Of a stretch of DNA of 64,000 bases, positions 1 to 12,304 are shown piece after piece. Source of the DNA: Octopus sinensis (Eukaryota); the NCBI RefSeq assembly GCF_006345805.1, contig NC_042997.1, forward strand, positions 22,568,001-22,632,000, given 5' to 3'. Every line of letters begins with the position of its first letter. The stretch's first letter is position 1. A model generated the notes under the pieces. That model ran no database searches, was not told where the DNA came from, and was given only the letters and a program-made list of their open reading frames with translations. The position numbers and the translations under genes are program-made.

Positions 1-611
1 CTTGTAGCTGTGGCACTAACACTATAGAGGTAGCCTTGCTCTCAGCATGACCAAAGAGACCTCTCAAGTTTAGCATGGTTGCTGCACTAACCTCGCTCAA
101 ATGTTTTGCTCACTTGCCACCGGCACAAGTGCCAGTAAGGCGACACTGGTAACAATCATGCTCAAAAGGTGGTTTTTATGTGCCCACTGGCTCAGAAGCC
201 AGGCAGCTGCATTGGCACAGGTGCCAGTCATCGAATTTGGTTCAATTTCGATTTCACTTGCCCCAACAGGTCTTCGCAAGCAGAGTTTAGTGTCCAATGA
301 AGGGACATTAGCATGGGTGCCAGCTGTCATATATATATACATATATAGCTTGTTTGGATTAACTTTATATATATATATATATATATATTATACACAAACA
401 CACATACATACATACTTGAATTGTGCTCTTTATGTGCCACCAGCACAGAAACCAGTCAGGTAGCACTGACATAGACCACGCTTGAGTGATGCTTTTTACG
501 TGTCATTGGCATTGGTATCCGCCACATTCAAATGGTGCTTTTAAACATACTACCGACACAGGTGCCATTCAGGCAGCACTAGCATCTGCCACGACTATGA
601 TTTCACTTGAC

Positions 612-1029
<418 letters not shown>

Positions 1030-1660
1030 GACCCGGCAAGACTAGTCAGGCCATAACCTGTGGCCCCTACCTGGGACGTAGTCAGTCCACCTGTGCATAC
1101 CTTCCTTCTTGTGACACTTGTGAAGACCTGTTGAGGCAAGTGAAAATCAAATCAAAATCAAATCAAAACAAATCAAAATAGATGAACATCAATGGAATTT
1201 GTATCTTTTTGGTACCAGTGCCGGTGGCACACAAGAAAACCATCCGAACGTGGCCGTAGCCAGCACCGCATCGACTGGCCTCCGTGCTGTTGGCACGTAA
1301 CAAACACCATCCGATCGTGGCCGTTTGCCAGCCTCATCTGGCACCTGTGTCGGTGGCACATAAAAACACCATCCGAGTGTGGCCGTCTGCCAGCCTCGTC
1401 TGGCACCTGTGTCGGTGGCACATAAAAAACACCATCCGAGCGTGGCCGTTCGCCAGCCTCGTCTGGCACCTGTGTCGGTGGCACATAAAATCACCCACTA
1501 CACTCTCGGAGTGGTTGGCGTTAGGAAGGGCATCCAGCTGTAGAAACACTGCCAGATCTGACTGGCCTGGTGCAGCCTTCGGGCTCCCCAGACCCCAGTT
1601 GAACCTTCCAACCCATGCTAGCATGGAAAGCGGACATTAAATGATGATGATGATGATGAT
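1030..1660 (+). mobile_element. Composite RTE-tail-related non-autonomous repeat (family A) with internal ~57-bp tandem units and (GAT)n tail
   Basis: Starts with GAAGACCTGTTGAGGCAAGTGAAAATC, similar to the RTE 3' end at 4855-4885. About 4-5 tandem units CGTGGCCGTT..GCCAGCCTCGTCTGGCACCTGTGTCGGTGGCACATAAAAA follow, then the core GGCGTTAGGAAGGGCATCCAGCTGTAGAAA...CCATGCTAGCATGGAAAGCGGAC and (GAT)n. Related copies: ~1680-1920(+), 2530-2672(-), 4925-5330(-), 5720-5885(+), 6880-7330(-), 50590-50790(-), 51895-52150(-), 54420-54840(+), 55655-55800(+), 59420-59610(+). Confidence 0.8.
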
Positions 1661-1921
1661 ATATATATATATATATATAATACACCAATCCGACCGTGGC
1701 CGTTGCCAGCCTCGCCTGGCACCTGTGCAGGTGGCACGTAAAAAGCACCCACTACACTCACGGAGTAGTTGGCGTTAGGAAGGGCATCCAGCTGTAGAAA
1801 CATTGCCAGATTAGACTGGAGCCTGGTGCAGCCTTCTGGCTTCCCAGAACCCCGGTCGAACCGTCCAACCCATGCTAGCATGGAGAACGGACGTTAAATG
1901 ATGATGATGATGATGATGATA

Positions 1922-2512
1922 AGTAAATAAATGGAGTTGAAGGCAGATGCTATTCAAATTCTTTTACTTTCGACATATGTTTGAACAGTTAGTTTAACTT
2001 ACACTTTACTTCAATAGAGAAATCTACTTCCAAGCCTTTGAACATTCTTTCAACCAATGTATCCCTCTTTATTTGTTCTCTACTTATTATTTCTTTACCC
2101 CTTATCTTTCTAGTATCTGCCTTTGACGTCGAATCTACTAATGCTTTTTTTTAAATACTTAATAACATTCTGTTTATCATTTATGCAGTCATCGAAATTG
2201 TTATAATGTCTTGTTGTTGAGATAGGCTCTCTTTCTTTCCTGATGAGAAGATTGCATTTTACACCGTTTATTCCTTTGGAATAAAAACAATGTGGTCTTC
2301 GAGACATATGTTGAAAGTAAAAGAATTTGAATAGCATCTGCATTCAACTCCATTTATTTACTTATACTACACAAATTACTGCACATTAACCCGGAATTCC
2401 TACCTTTGAATAGGTCGCTACATCTTGTTACTTGCGTGAATTTTGCTACCCTGGTAACTGTTTATTGAATTTTCCATGTTAATGGTAAACAAAGGATAAT
2501 TCATTCATCCAT
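1922..2512 (+). mobile_element. Penelope-like terminal repeat (pLTR) remnant with a partial inverted copy
   Basis: ~55-bp inverted arms, AAATAAATGGAGTTGAAGGCAGATGCTATTCAAATTCTTTTACTTTCGACATATGT (~1925-1980) versus its reverse complement at ~2304-2360. Region 2235-2510 is similar to the pLTR of the GIY-YIG element at 43485-43745 (shared GAGAAGATTGCATT and TTTTGCT.CCCTGGTAACT). Confidence 0.75.
2235..2317 (+). ncRNA. Type I hammerhead ribozyme motif (PLE-type, one core substitution)
   Basis: Stem I CTTTC/GAAAG; core CTGATGA; stem II GAAGATTGCATT/AATGTGGTCTTC; GAGA in place of GAAA; palindromic stem III ACATATGT; GTT triplet. Confidence 0.7.
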
Positions 2513-2710
2513 TTATATATATATATCATCATCATCATCATCATCATCATTTAGCATCCGCTTTCCATGCTAGCATGGGTTGGACGGTTCAACTGGGGTC
2601 TGTGAAGCCAGAAGGCTGCATCAGGCCCAGTCTGATCTGGCAGTGTTTCTACGGCTGGATGCCCTTCCTAACATATATATATATATATATATATAATATA
2701 TATATATATA

Positions 2711-3496
2711 TTTCAACAATTGAGGGTAAAATTAATTAATTATTAATCAATTTCACCAAGTATTCAGTATGTAAAGGGACCATTTTAGGCGAATTCAAAA
2801 TATTACATTATATATAAGGGCTTAGTAAAATAAATTACTTTGCCACATACTGAACTCATTAGAAATAGCAGCTAAAGAAATTTCTTTAGCTATTTCTAAT
2901 ACTTAAAGAAGATCTCTCTCAGATAGTGTTTGCTCAAACCAACTCACAAAGGTATGGGGGAAAAAACATTAAAAAATCAAGTGCAAAGGTTATTTGAGAA
3001 CGTACGTTTCTAGATTAGTCAAATCGACATTTCTTTCGTCAGCTCAGAACTCCTTGATTCGGATTTGGGAACACTGAAAGTGGGAGCATACCCTTTTGGT
3101 TTCTTATCACCTCTAGAATTCCGCTCGAACTAAAAGTGTTATCAAATTCAAAATATGCAAGCGAAGAATTTCTGCTCTCCCCTTTCCACCAGCGTGGGTT
3201 AAAATTGACAAACACTATGTTTTATCGGTGTGAAAACCGAAGCATTAAACAGAGAGAAATGAATTATAATTTCAACAATTGAGGGTAATCTAGAAACGTA
3301 CGTTCTCAAATAACCTTTGCACTTGATTTTTAATGTTTTTTCCCCATACCTTTGTGAGTTGGTTTGAGCAAACACTATCTGAGAGAGATCTTCTTAAGTA
3401 TTAGAAATAGCTAAAGAAATTTCTTTAGCTGCTATTTCTAATGAGTTCAGTATGTGGCAAAGTAATTTATTTTACTAAGCCCTTATATATAATGTT
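2711..3496. mobile_element. PLE-type terminal repeat in direct-plus-inverted arrangement
   Basis: A 19-bp direct repeat TTTCAACAATTGAGGGTAA occurs at 2711 and ~3270. Near-perfect ~210-bp inverted repeats lie at ~2806-3016 and ~3286-3496. Carries a hammerhead motif on the minus strand. Confidence 0.7.
2995..3046 (-). ncRNA. Type I minimal hammerhead ribozyme motif
   Basis: Minus strand reads TGAG CTGACGA A-AGAAATGTCGATTTGACTAATCT-A GAAA CGTACG TT CTCA. Stem I TGAG/CTCA, intact CUGANGA and GAAA, palindromic ACGTACGT stem III, GUU cleavage triplet. Confidence 0.8.
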
Positions 3497-3976
3497 ATAT
3501 ATATATATATAATATATATATATACATACATACAAAATATATAAACATTAATAACTATAAAAGACTGGTGGGAATATTATCTGTATGGACTTCAAGGGCT
3601 AGGTTTCTATTTAGTTAGATAATTTAAGAATCAGTTATAGGTTTACTTATAGAATTATTATTTTACTGATACTGTTTTTGTACATATGGAAAATGTGGTT
3701 TCTTTGTTGTACTTTAATTAATAATGCTAGTGCTTAATCCTTCCTAGAATTAAGATTGAATAAATGTGATGATATCAGAGGTATGTTTGTTCCTAAACAA
3801 CACTTATGTTAGTGTTGTTTACACTGCCGGATTGAATGGTACTGCCCATGTGTTGAAACCATAGTAATATCCATAGGGAAGCTGATGGAGGTGTGTTAGG
3901 TGGGTATGGCTCTTATTATATGTTAATTAGATCAACTGGAACACTCATCATCATAACCAATGGAGTGCCAGCTATA

Positions 3977-4012
<36 letters not shown>

Positions 4013-4339
4013 CATACATATAAATCATTATTATTATCATCATTTAAGTCCACTTTCCATGCTAGCATGGGCTGGACAGCTTGACAGGGAACCAGTGTGA
4101 AGTGCAAAACTGCATCAGGATCCAGTATCTTCTTTAGATCTTGGTGCTTTTTATGTGCCACTGGCTCTAGTAAGGTTGCTTTGAAACTTGCAAGACATAA
4201 AAGAACAGACAAAAAAAGAGAAAAGGCCTCCTCAACTAAGAGGGTGTATTTGAGAAGGGAAGGTGGAAGTGGGTAGCTGTATGCTAAATGTTTTGAAAGG
4301 CTAAAGTATGACAGAAGGACCAAGTCAGTAGAGAGCAGA

Positions 4340-4905
4340 GTGGGGGGATGCACCAAGAGCATAGCTGCTAGCATAAGAATAGGCTGGGCAAAGTTCAGAG
4401 AGATACTACCTCTGCTGGTAACAAAGGGCCTCTCTCTCAGAGTGAAATGCAAACTGTATGATGCCTATGTGCAAACAGCCATGCTACATGGCAGTGAAAC
4501 ATGGGCTGTGACTGCTGAGGACATGCGTAGGTTTGTAAGAAATGAAGCTAGTGTGCTTCACTGGATATGTATGTCAGTGTGCATGTACAACAGGGTGCAA
4601 GTGCCTTGAGAGAAAAGCCAGGCATAAGAGACATCAGATGTGGAGTGCAAAAGAGATGACTGCACTGGGATGGTCATGTGATGTGTATGGACGAGGACAG
4701 CTGTATGAAGAAGTGTCACACTGTAACAGTGGAGAGAACCTGTGAAAGAAGTAAACCCAGGAAGACATAAGACATGGTGGTGAAGCATGATCTTCGAATG
4801 TTGGGCCTCATGGAGGCAATGACAAATGAGCAAGACTTTTGGTGATATGCTGTGCTTGAGAAGACATGTCAGGCCAAGTGAGATTGTAGCCATGGCTGAT
4901 GCCAG
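4340..4905 (+). mobile_element. RTE-clade LINE 3' fragment (degenerate ORF C-terminus plus tail)
   Basis: GWAKFREILPLL..GLSLRVKCKLYDAYVQTAMLHGSETW is typical of the RTE post-RT region and continues with frameshifts to ..HDLRMLGL... A second RTE C-terminus (HDLRTLGLTEEMTSNRDLWKYAVREKTRQ) lies on the minus strand at ~5465-5570. Confidence 0.85.
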
Positions 4906-6393
4906 TATCATATAAATCATCATTATCATCATCATCGTTTAACGTCCGTTCTCCATGCTAGCATGGGTTGGACGGTTCGACCGGGGATCTGGGAAGCCAG
5001 AAGGCTGCACCAGGCTCCAGTCTTATCTGGCAATGTTTCTACAGCTGGATGCCCTTCCTAAAGCCAACCACTCCGTGAGTGTAGTGGGTGCTTTTTACAT
5101 GCCACCTGCACAGGTGCCAGGCGAGGCTGGCAACGGCCACGGTCGGATTGGTGCATTTTACGTGCCACTGGCACGGAAGCCAGTCGAGGTGGCGCTGGCA
5201 TCGCCCACGATTCGGATAGTGCTTTTTATGTACCACCAGTCCAGGGGTCCTGGCATCTGCTGGGTGCCAGTCATAGGATTGGTTCAATTTCGATTCTGAT
5301 TTCGATTTCGATTTCGATTTCACTTGCCCCAACAGGTCTTCGCAAGTAAAGTGGGGTTGGCATGGGTGCCTGTCGTCGGATGAGGTTCGATATCAACTTC
5401 GCTTGCCTCAACAGGTCTTTGTGTGTCCAAGGGAGGAAAGGCATGCATAAGTGGGCTGGACTCACTTGTCCTGCCTGGTCTTCTCACGCACAGCATATTT
5501 CCAAAGGTCTCGGTTGCTGGTCATTTCCTCAGTGAGGCCTAAAGTTCGAAGGTCGTGCTTCAATGGCATGTAAAAATCACCCCTCATATGTTGGACAATA
5601 TGCTGTGCTTGAGAAGACCTGTGAAGCCAAGTGAAATCATAACCATGGCCAATGCCAGTGCCAGTTGACTGGCATCTGTGCTGGTGGCACATAAAAAAGC
5701 ACTAATGCTGGTGTCATATCAATGGCACCCGAGCTGGAGGCACGTAAAAAGTATCCATTGCACTCTTGGAGTGGTTGACATTAGGAAGGGCATCCAGCTG
5801 TAGAAACCATGCCAAACCAAATTGGAACTTAGTGTAGCTCCCCAGCTCACCAGTTTTCAATCAAACTGTCCAACCCATGCCAGCATGTTATTATTTATGC
5901 TTCACCATCCTCAGAACCTTCCTGTATTGGATTTTGAGTCTACAGTGTACTGTAGACTGCATGCTGGATTATACTCCTGTGTAACCTTAAGTAACATTGT
6001 ATATTTGGTCTATACTTGTGAATGTATATGTAACGGGAAGGACAAATCTGCATTTTATTTAGTAAGTACATGAGTGTTCATACACACTTTCAGTGCACAA
6101 GCATGCTATCCCCAACTCTACCTCTGTGCCTTTGTTATTTAAATACCTTGATTCCATTGGATCCTGAAAATTTTATATACATATATATAAATCGAAATGT
6201 ACAGTATTATGTCCAATCAGTTTCACACAAGGAGTTCAACAGTGTTAGGTAACAGTCCAATTATGTAACCCTGCACTCTTCAGGGGTAGCCGTTATGGAA
6301 TGAAATACGGTGACTGCTATTTCAACATTGCAGATGAATGTTTGTTACCCCTACTGCCACAACAATAACAACGACTCTTGTGATCAAGGAATC

Positions 6394-6458
<65 letters not shown>

Positions 6459-6784
6459 AATCTTACTTAGAAATTGATGCGTGTGTTCCGTCATATACTA
6501 TTTTAATAAATGCAACATATGCATATATATATATATATACATATATGTTCGTACCTACCTCTACATGTATATATACATGCATATATGGGTACAGGACACC
6601 AAAAAAACGTCGAACACAATGAGAAACGGAAACATAAACACAAAACCAAGGAACTGGACATTTTTCTTAAACAACAAAAAATAGAGTACAGGACAAATAA
6701 CACAGGGAAAATTCCCCTTCTTCAGTCGCCATGGTTTCATCTACTCTACATATGTTTTATTTATTAATATATATATATATATAC

Positions 6785-6817
<33 letters not shown>

Positions 6818-8439
6818 TGTATGTATGTATGTATGTATGTATGTATGTATGTATGTATGTATATATATATCATCATCATCTTCATCATCATTGACTTTAG
6901 CATCCATTTTCCATGCTGACATGGTTTGGATGGTTTGACTGAGGGCTGGCAAGCCAGAAGGCTGCACCAGGCTCCAATGTGATCTGGCAGAGTTTCTACA
7001 GCTGAATACCCTTCCTAAGGCCAACCTCTCCAAGAGTGTAGAGGGTGCTTTTTACAATCCACTGGCACAAGGACCAGTCAGGTGGTACTGGCATCAACCA
7101 CACTTGAATGGTGCTGTTTACGTGCCACTGGCATGGGACCAGTCAGCCAGCACAGGCATCAACCACGCTCAGATGGTACTTTTTACATGCCACCAGCACA
7201 GGAGCCAGTCAGGCAGCACTGGCAACGATCACACAATCAAATGGTGCTTTTTATGTGCCACCGGTACGGATACCAATCAGGTGGTACTGTCATCAGCCAC
7301 AACAATGACTTCACTTGACTCAACAGGTCTTCACAAGCACAGTTTATTGCCCAATGATTGAAGGGTACTCTTAAATGGGTTGGTTTTGCTGCACTGGAAT
7401 AGGCCACAGTTACAGTATCACTTGGCTTGCCACGTCATATACACACACACACACACACATACATACATACGTACTTGCATACAGGCATGCAGACACACGT
7501 ACATATATACAAACAAAAATACCCTGTTGTGGATGTTGAAATTCCAATGAAGGAGCCTTGGATCTAGGTCAGAAACCGGTCCTTTCTCTATTGGCAACAA
7601 ATCTTTAAATAAACTGAATAATTACATACATACACTGGGCAAAGCTCAAACTATAAAGGAAAAAGTTTTGTATCAATATTTATCACTAACTTATACATAA
7701 GAAAACACGGTAAATCATTTCTATCAGAGAACTCCAAAACTTTTGATAAATAGTGAAAGTTAATATTAAAATAAATATAGCCATTGATTTGTCCCGTATC
7801 TAAAAATTGAAGTGTCATTCAATTCAAAAACTGACAAGCAGAAGAATCAGTACTGACTATCGTAGGTTAAATGTAAATTATTTCTTGTAAGCGTTGGTTA
7901 GTCATTTGACTGGGTGTCAAAGTTTCGGGGTTAGCTAAAAATGACTGACAAAATTATTAATCTCTTTGAGAAGAAAGACTTTAAAAAAAAGTTTTAAAAA
8001 GTTAATGGTCAATGGGAAGTAACTCATAAAAAAGCCTACAATTTTTACCTCCCCTTAGTTAAAATTGCGAGAGTGACTACACACACACATTTGGTTATAA
8101 TTTTAAACATGTAATAGAGCGTCATTGAAATGATTGTTGTGACGTCATCACAAGCTGTGTATTAGATTTCTCTGATCTAAACACGTGTTAAAGATGTCAA
8201 CATAGGCGGAGTTAATTATCTTTTTGCTTTAATTTTTAATTAATTCCCGTTTCAAATTGTTTAGTTAACTAGAAATTCCGTCCATCAAAAGGAAAAGATC
8301 CGTAATTTATACTTTCGGAACTCACGAACAAACATCTTGTCACGTAGAGAAATAACATCAACAACGATGCGCTCTCCATTTACTTTTCCTCATTGCGTTA
8401 ATTCCTCTGACATGCATAATTAGAGCGCTGCGACCACAA

Positions 8440-8780
8440 ATCGAAGGTACTGCTGCTCCGGAAATTGATATCCTTCACCGCATCCAGAGAAGGGTCACTC
8501 GGCTGATTGGTATACCATCACAAATGGATGCACTCCAACCTCTTGTTTCCGTTCTCACTGTCTTTTTTTTCTAACACTACTATAATAGTCTCTGTTCCTC
8601 AGATGTGACCGATCACTAAGATAACCCCACCCGCCCATCTCTTTCCACCATTCATCGCCCTTGTAGCACCCAACCTAACCACTATTCCCAGAACTTTCTG
8701 GAACCTCTTCCCTGCTCATGTCTTTCCTACAAATATTGACCTGCAACAGTTTAAATGGAACGTTAATATCAATCTCATCA
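8440..8780 (+). mobile_element. Degenerate LINE 3' remnant (L2/CR1-group-like)
   Basis: Broken translation ILHRIQRRVTRLIG...PRT.WNLFPAHVFPTNIDLQQFKWNVN resembles the C-terminus of L2/Crack/Daphne-type RT proteins. Confidence 0.5.
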
Positions 8781-9067
8781 GTGTCAGAAGGCCTGCAAGG
8801 GTCATGAGGTCAGCCTCTTCTTCCAAACTCAGCAAATAGAAAAAATAGTATTGCTCGGCATTGCCCACTTCCTATATTATTTTATACTCAACACAGTCAC
8901 CACCAAGTTATACATTTCATGCAGGACATGCTCTACTTAAATACTACCCATTGATACAATACAATTTTTTGAGGGTACCTCTTTCAAGAACTCTAACTTT
9001 CTTCTAACTTACTTTTTTATCTTACTTTTCAGAAAAATAACGTCAGACATCAGGTTCTCTCAGTAAA

Positions 9068-9900
9068 TGAAAAGGCGCGCTGTAGTCGTTGCCCTAAAAG
9101 TACAGTATAGTTATTCTGAGATAGCTCGATCCTGAAAGTTACTCGTTCCTTCATTGTCAATGTTCCAAAGGAGCTGGAAGCTGCTAACGGGGTTCCAACA
9201 TCAGCAGCTAAATATAAAACTCATGCACTGAGCCTTGATACCATCGTAACACATAACTTTATACAAAACGTCCAAGAAATAATCGATAAAAATCCCAGAA
9301 AGTCAGTCAGAGGCATTGCAAAGGAATTCAATATTTCAGAGTACACCACCAGAAGAGTTGTGCACGAGAACATCCGGTACAAGTTGTATGTGACGATGAG
9401 GGGTCAGTTTATATTGGATGTGACAAGAGATAATTGCTCGATGCATGCAAGGTGCTTGTTAAACAAGTTAAAACACAAAGGGGCTGGAATGCTTTGAGTT
9501 TCTTTTTCCGATGAGAAAAATTTCGATCAGGACCAAAAGGTAAACCGAAGGAATGTTAAGTAGTTATCCAGAGACCCGAATGAGGTTCCAACGGTTGTAT
9601 ATACTAAGTTCATGGCAACTGTGATGGTTCTGGGGGTCATCAGCAACGAGGCGAAAGATTAAATGTCACTATCTACACGGAGGTGTTGGGGAGAGCTGTG
9701 AGGCCCTAGATAGAGAGGGTACGCAACGGGAGACCATGCGTCTTCCAACAAGATTCTATACCATCTTATAAGGCTAGGATAACCCAAGCATGGATGCTTT
9801 CCAAGCTCCATGATCATGTTTTCCCAGACACATGGCCTCCTAACTCACAAGGCCTCAATCCACTGGACTATTATGTATGGCGTATAGTCGAGAGAAAATT
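9068..9900 (+). mobile_element. Tc1/mariner DD37D (maT-type) transposase pseudogene
   Basis: HTH-like IDKNPRKSVRGIAKEFNISEYTTRRVVHENIRYK; FSDEKNF; FQQDS followed by exactly 37 residues to the D of WPPNSQGLNPLDYYVW. Contains stops and frameshifts; TIRs not identified. Confidence 0.88.
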
Positions 9901-10671
9901 CAGATCATCTGATTTGAGTACGTCAATGCTTCCGACCCCGTATTGAAGCAGTCATTGATACTAACAGTGGAGTCATTGAATGGTTGTGATGAACGGATTC
10001 TCAAGATTATTTGTACCAATTTGTTTTCAAATATAGCTTTTCTTTGATGAGTCATGCGTCTATTTTCTATATTCATATAAATGACCTCAAAGACAAAAGA
10101 AAAAAAGACTGACTCGCTCAGTACAATCGACACCTGCTACTATAACTCTTCCCTCACATAGCTCATATTCTATACAATTGCCACCAAATAATATAAAGTA
10201 ACTTACAATTTATACAGCACATAAAAGGCTACTGACAGTTAACAATAAGAGATCTCACAGAGCAAGTATTCTATACAACAAACAGATGGAATATTAAATA
10301 TTTTGCCCCGGTAACATATGACATCTAGTGACTAAGAAGAAAATAATTGAAGAGAGTCATGCGAAAATAGTGGAAACAAAATGAAAATAGTTTGATGAGT
10401 ATCTTTTTATCATTTTTTTGTTTCATTCACTCAACTGCAATCATGATGGAACACTGCTTTGAAGTGCTTTGTCAAATAAATCGATCCCAGTACATATTTT
10501 AAGCTTAGTACTTATACGTTTCTTTTTGCCGAGCCGCAAGGTTACAGGTGCATAAACAAACCAACACCGGTAGTCAAGCTGTGATGAAGGACAAACACAA
10601 ACACACGGACACACACCTATAGATATATACACATGTACATATACGACAGGTGTCTTTCAGTTTCTTATTTC

Positions 10672-11478
10672 TTTATTGCCCACAAGGGGCTAAGCATAGA
10701 GGGGACAAACAAGGACAGACAAACGGATTATGTCGATTACATCAACCCCAGTGCGTAACTGGTACTTATTTAATCGACCCCGAAAGGATGAAAGGCAAAG
10801 TCGACCTCGACGGAATTTGAACTCGGAACGTAATGAAGGACGAAATGCCGCTAAGCATTTTCCTGTCGTGCTAACGATTCTTATTTCTTTATTGCTCACA
10901 ACGGGTTAAACATAGAGGGGACAAACAAGGACAGATAAAGGGATTAAGTCGATTACATCGACCCCAGTGCGTAACTGGTACTTAATTTATCGGCTCCAAA
11001 AGGATGAAAGGCAAAGTCAACCTTGGCGGAATTTGAACTCGGAACATAAAGACAGACAACATACCTATTTCTTTACTACCCACAAGGGGCTAAACACAGA
11101 GAGGACAAACAAAGACAGACAAACGGATTAAGTCGATTATATCGAGCCCAGTGCACAACTAGTACTTATTTAATTGACCCTGAAAAGACGAAAGGCAAAG
11201 TCGACCTCAGCAGAATTTGAACTCAGAACGTAACGGCAAACGAAATACCTATTTCTTTATTACCCACAAGGTGTTAAACATAGAGGGGACAAACAAGGAC
11301 AGACATAGGTATTAAGTCGATTGCATCGACCCCAGTGCGTAACTGGTACTTAATTTATCGACACCGAAAGGATGAAAGGCAAAGTCAACATCGGCGGAAT
11401 TTGAACTCACAACGTAATGACAGACGAAATGCAGCTAAGCATTTCGCCCGGCGTGCTAACGTTTCTGTCAGCTCGCCA
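10672..11478 (-). mobile_element. Tandem array of ~4 tRNA-derived SINE units (family B)
   Basis: Minus strand has B-box-like GTTCTGAGTTCAAATTCC, core GTCGACTTTGCCTTTCATCCTTTCGGGGTCGAT and tail TTTGTCCCCTCT..TTTAGCCCCTTGTGGG.AATAAAGAAA. Other copies: ~17880-18075(-), 22340-22540(-), 30610-31095(+), 37160-37370(-), 45918-46380(+). Confidence 0.88.
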
Positions 11479-11482
11479 CCTT

Positions 11483-11532
11483 AATAATGATGATGATGAT
11501 GGTAGTGATGGTGGTGGTGGTGGTGGTGGTGC

Positions 11533-11563
<31 letters not shown>

Positions 11564-11571
11564 GGTGGTGC

Positions 11572-11602
<31 letters not shown>

Positions 11603-11616
11603 GGTGGTGGTGGTGG

Positions 11617-11660
<44 letters not shown>

Positions 11661-11662
11661 CA
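11483..11662. repeat. Compound (GAT)n/(GGT)n microsatellite with internal higher-order repeat
   Basis: Directly visible; two copies of GGTGGTGGT..GCTGATGATGAT. Confidence 0.97.
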
Positions 11663-11727
11663 GCAGCAGTACCAGGTAAAGATGCCCTGATGCAGTACCA
11701 GATAAATGCCCTAATGCAGTACCAGGC

Positions 11728-12235
11728 AGTGGCTCTCATGGCTTCTGATCTCAACTGATTGGAAGTGTTATCATATACATTGTTTTGTCTTGGTATAAAA
11801 GATGGGCTACAGCAAATATTCTGTTCAATACCACAGATTTGCTTGTCAGTTGTTTGACCTAAACCAGCTGGGCATCTTCCTTAGTGGCTGACGATATGTG
11901 CATCTCTGATCACAAGCAGATGTAGTGGGGGAGCATCATAGCCATGTGTTGAGAGGGATTCTTTGAGGTTTGAATAATTCACCTCTGGAAACATGGGTGT
12001 TTCGTTCAACATCCTTAAACAACCCTTATTCAGGGACCTTTTGAGCCGGATGGGTTACTTGACCAGAAGAAAATTCTAACTGGGCCCCACCTGCAAGGTC
12101 ATGTGCTGTTTATCTTGATATAATAGCACCATGTTGCGCACATATGGTTGTGATGCATGAGCCTAGTGTACCCATACTGGGCTTCGTATATTTTACCCCA
12201 GTGTCACTTTGATGGCATGCCCTACTCTCTCACTC

Positions 12236-12279
<44 letters not shown>

Positions 12280-12300
12280 TAATAACAATAATAATAGTAA
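11728..12300 (+). mobile_element. ~450-500-bp dispersed retro-type repeat ending in (AAT)n; 3 copies
   Basis: Copies at ~11728-12300, ~12908-13372 and ~14172-14590 share GATAATTCACCTCTGGAAACATGGGT...GAAAATTCTAACTGGGCCC...GTGTCACTTTGATGGCATG...CTCTCTCACTC(AAT)n. Confidence 0.8.
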
Positions 12301-12304
12301 TAAT

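Noticed and set aside
1247-1490. Regularly spaced ~57-bp repeats superficially like a CRISPR array
   Set aside because: The units are contiguous with no unique spacers, sit inside a eukaryotic interspersed repeat, and there are no cas genes.
11407-11758. Gly/Asp-, Pro/Ser- and Met/Val-rich ORFs
   Set aside because: They are produced by the (GAT)n/(GGT)n microsatellite in several frames, with no splice or domain support.
11888-11894. CTGACGA in the ~450-bp repeat (also ~14203) and at ~17353
   Set aside because: No compatible stem I/II/III or NUH site.
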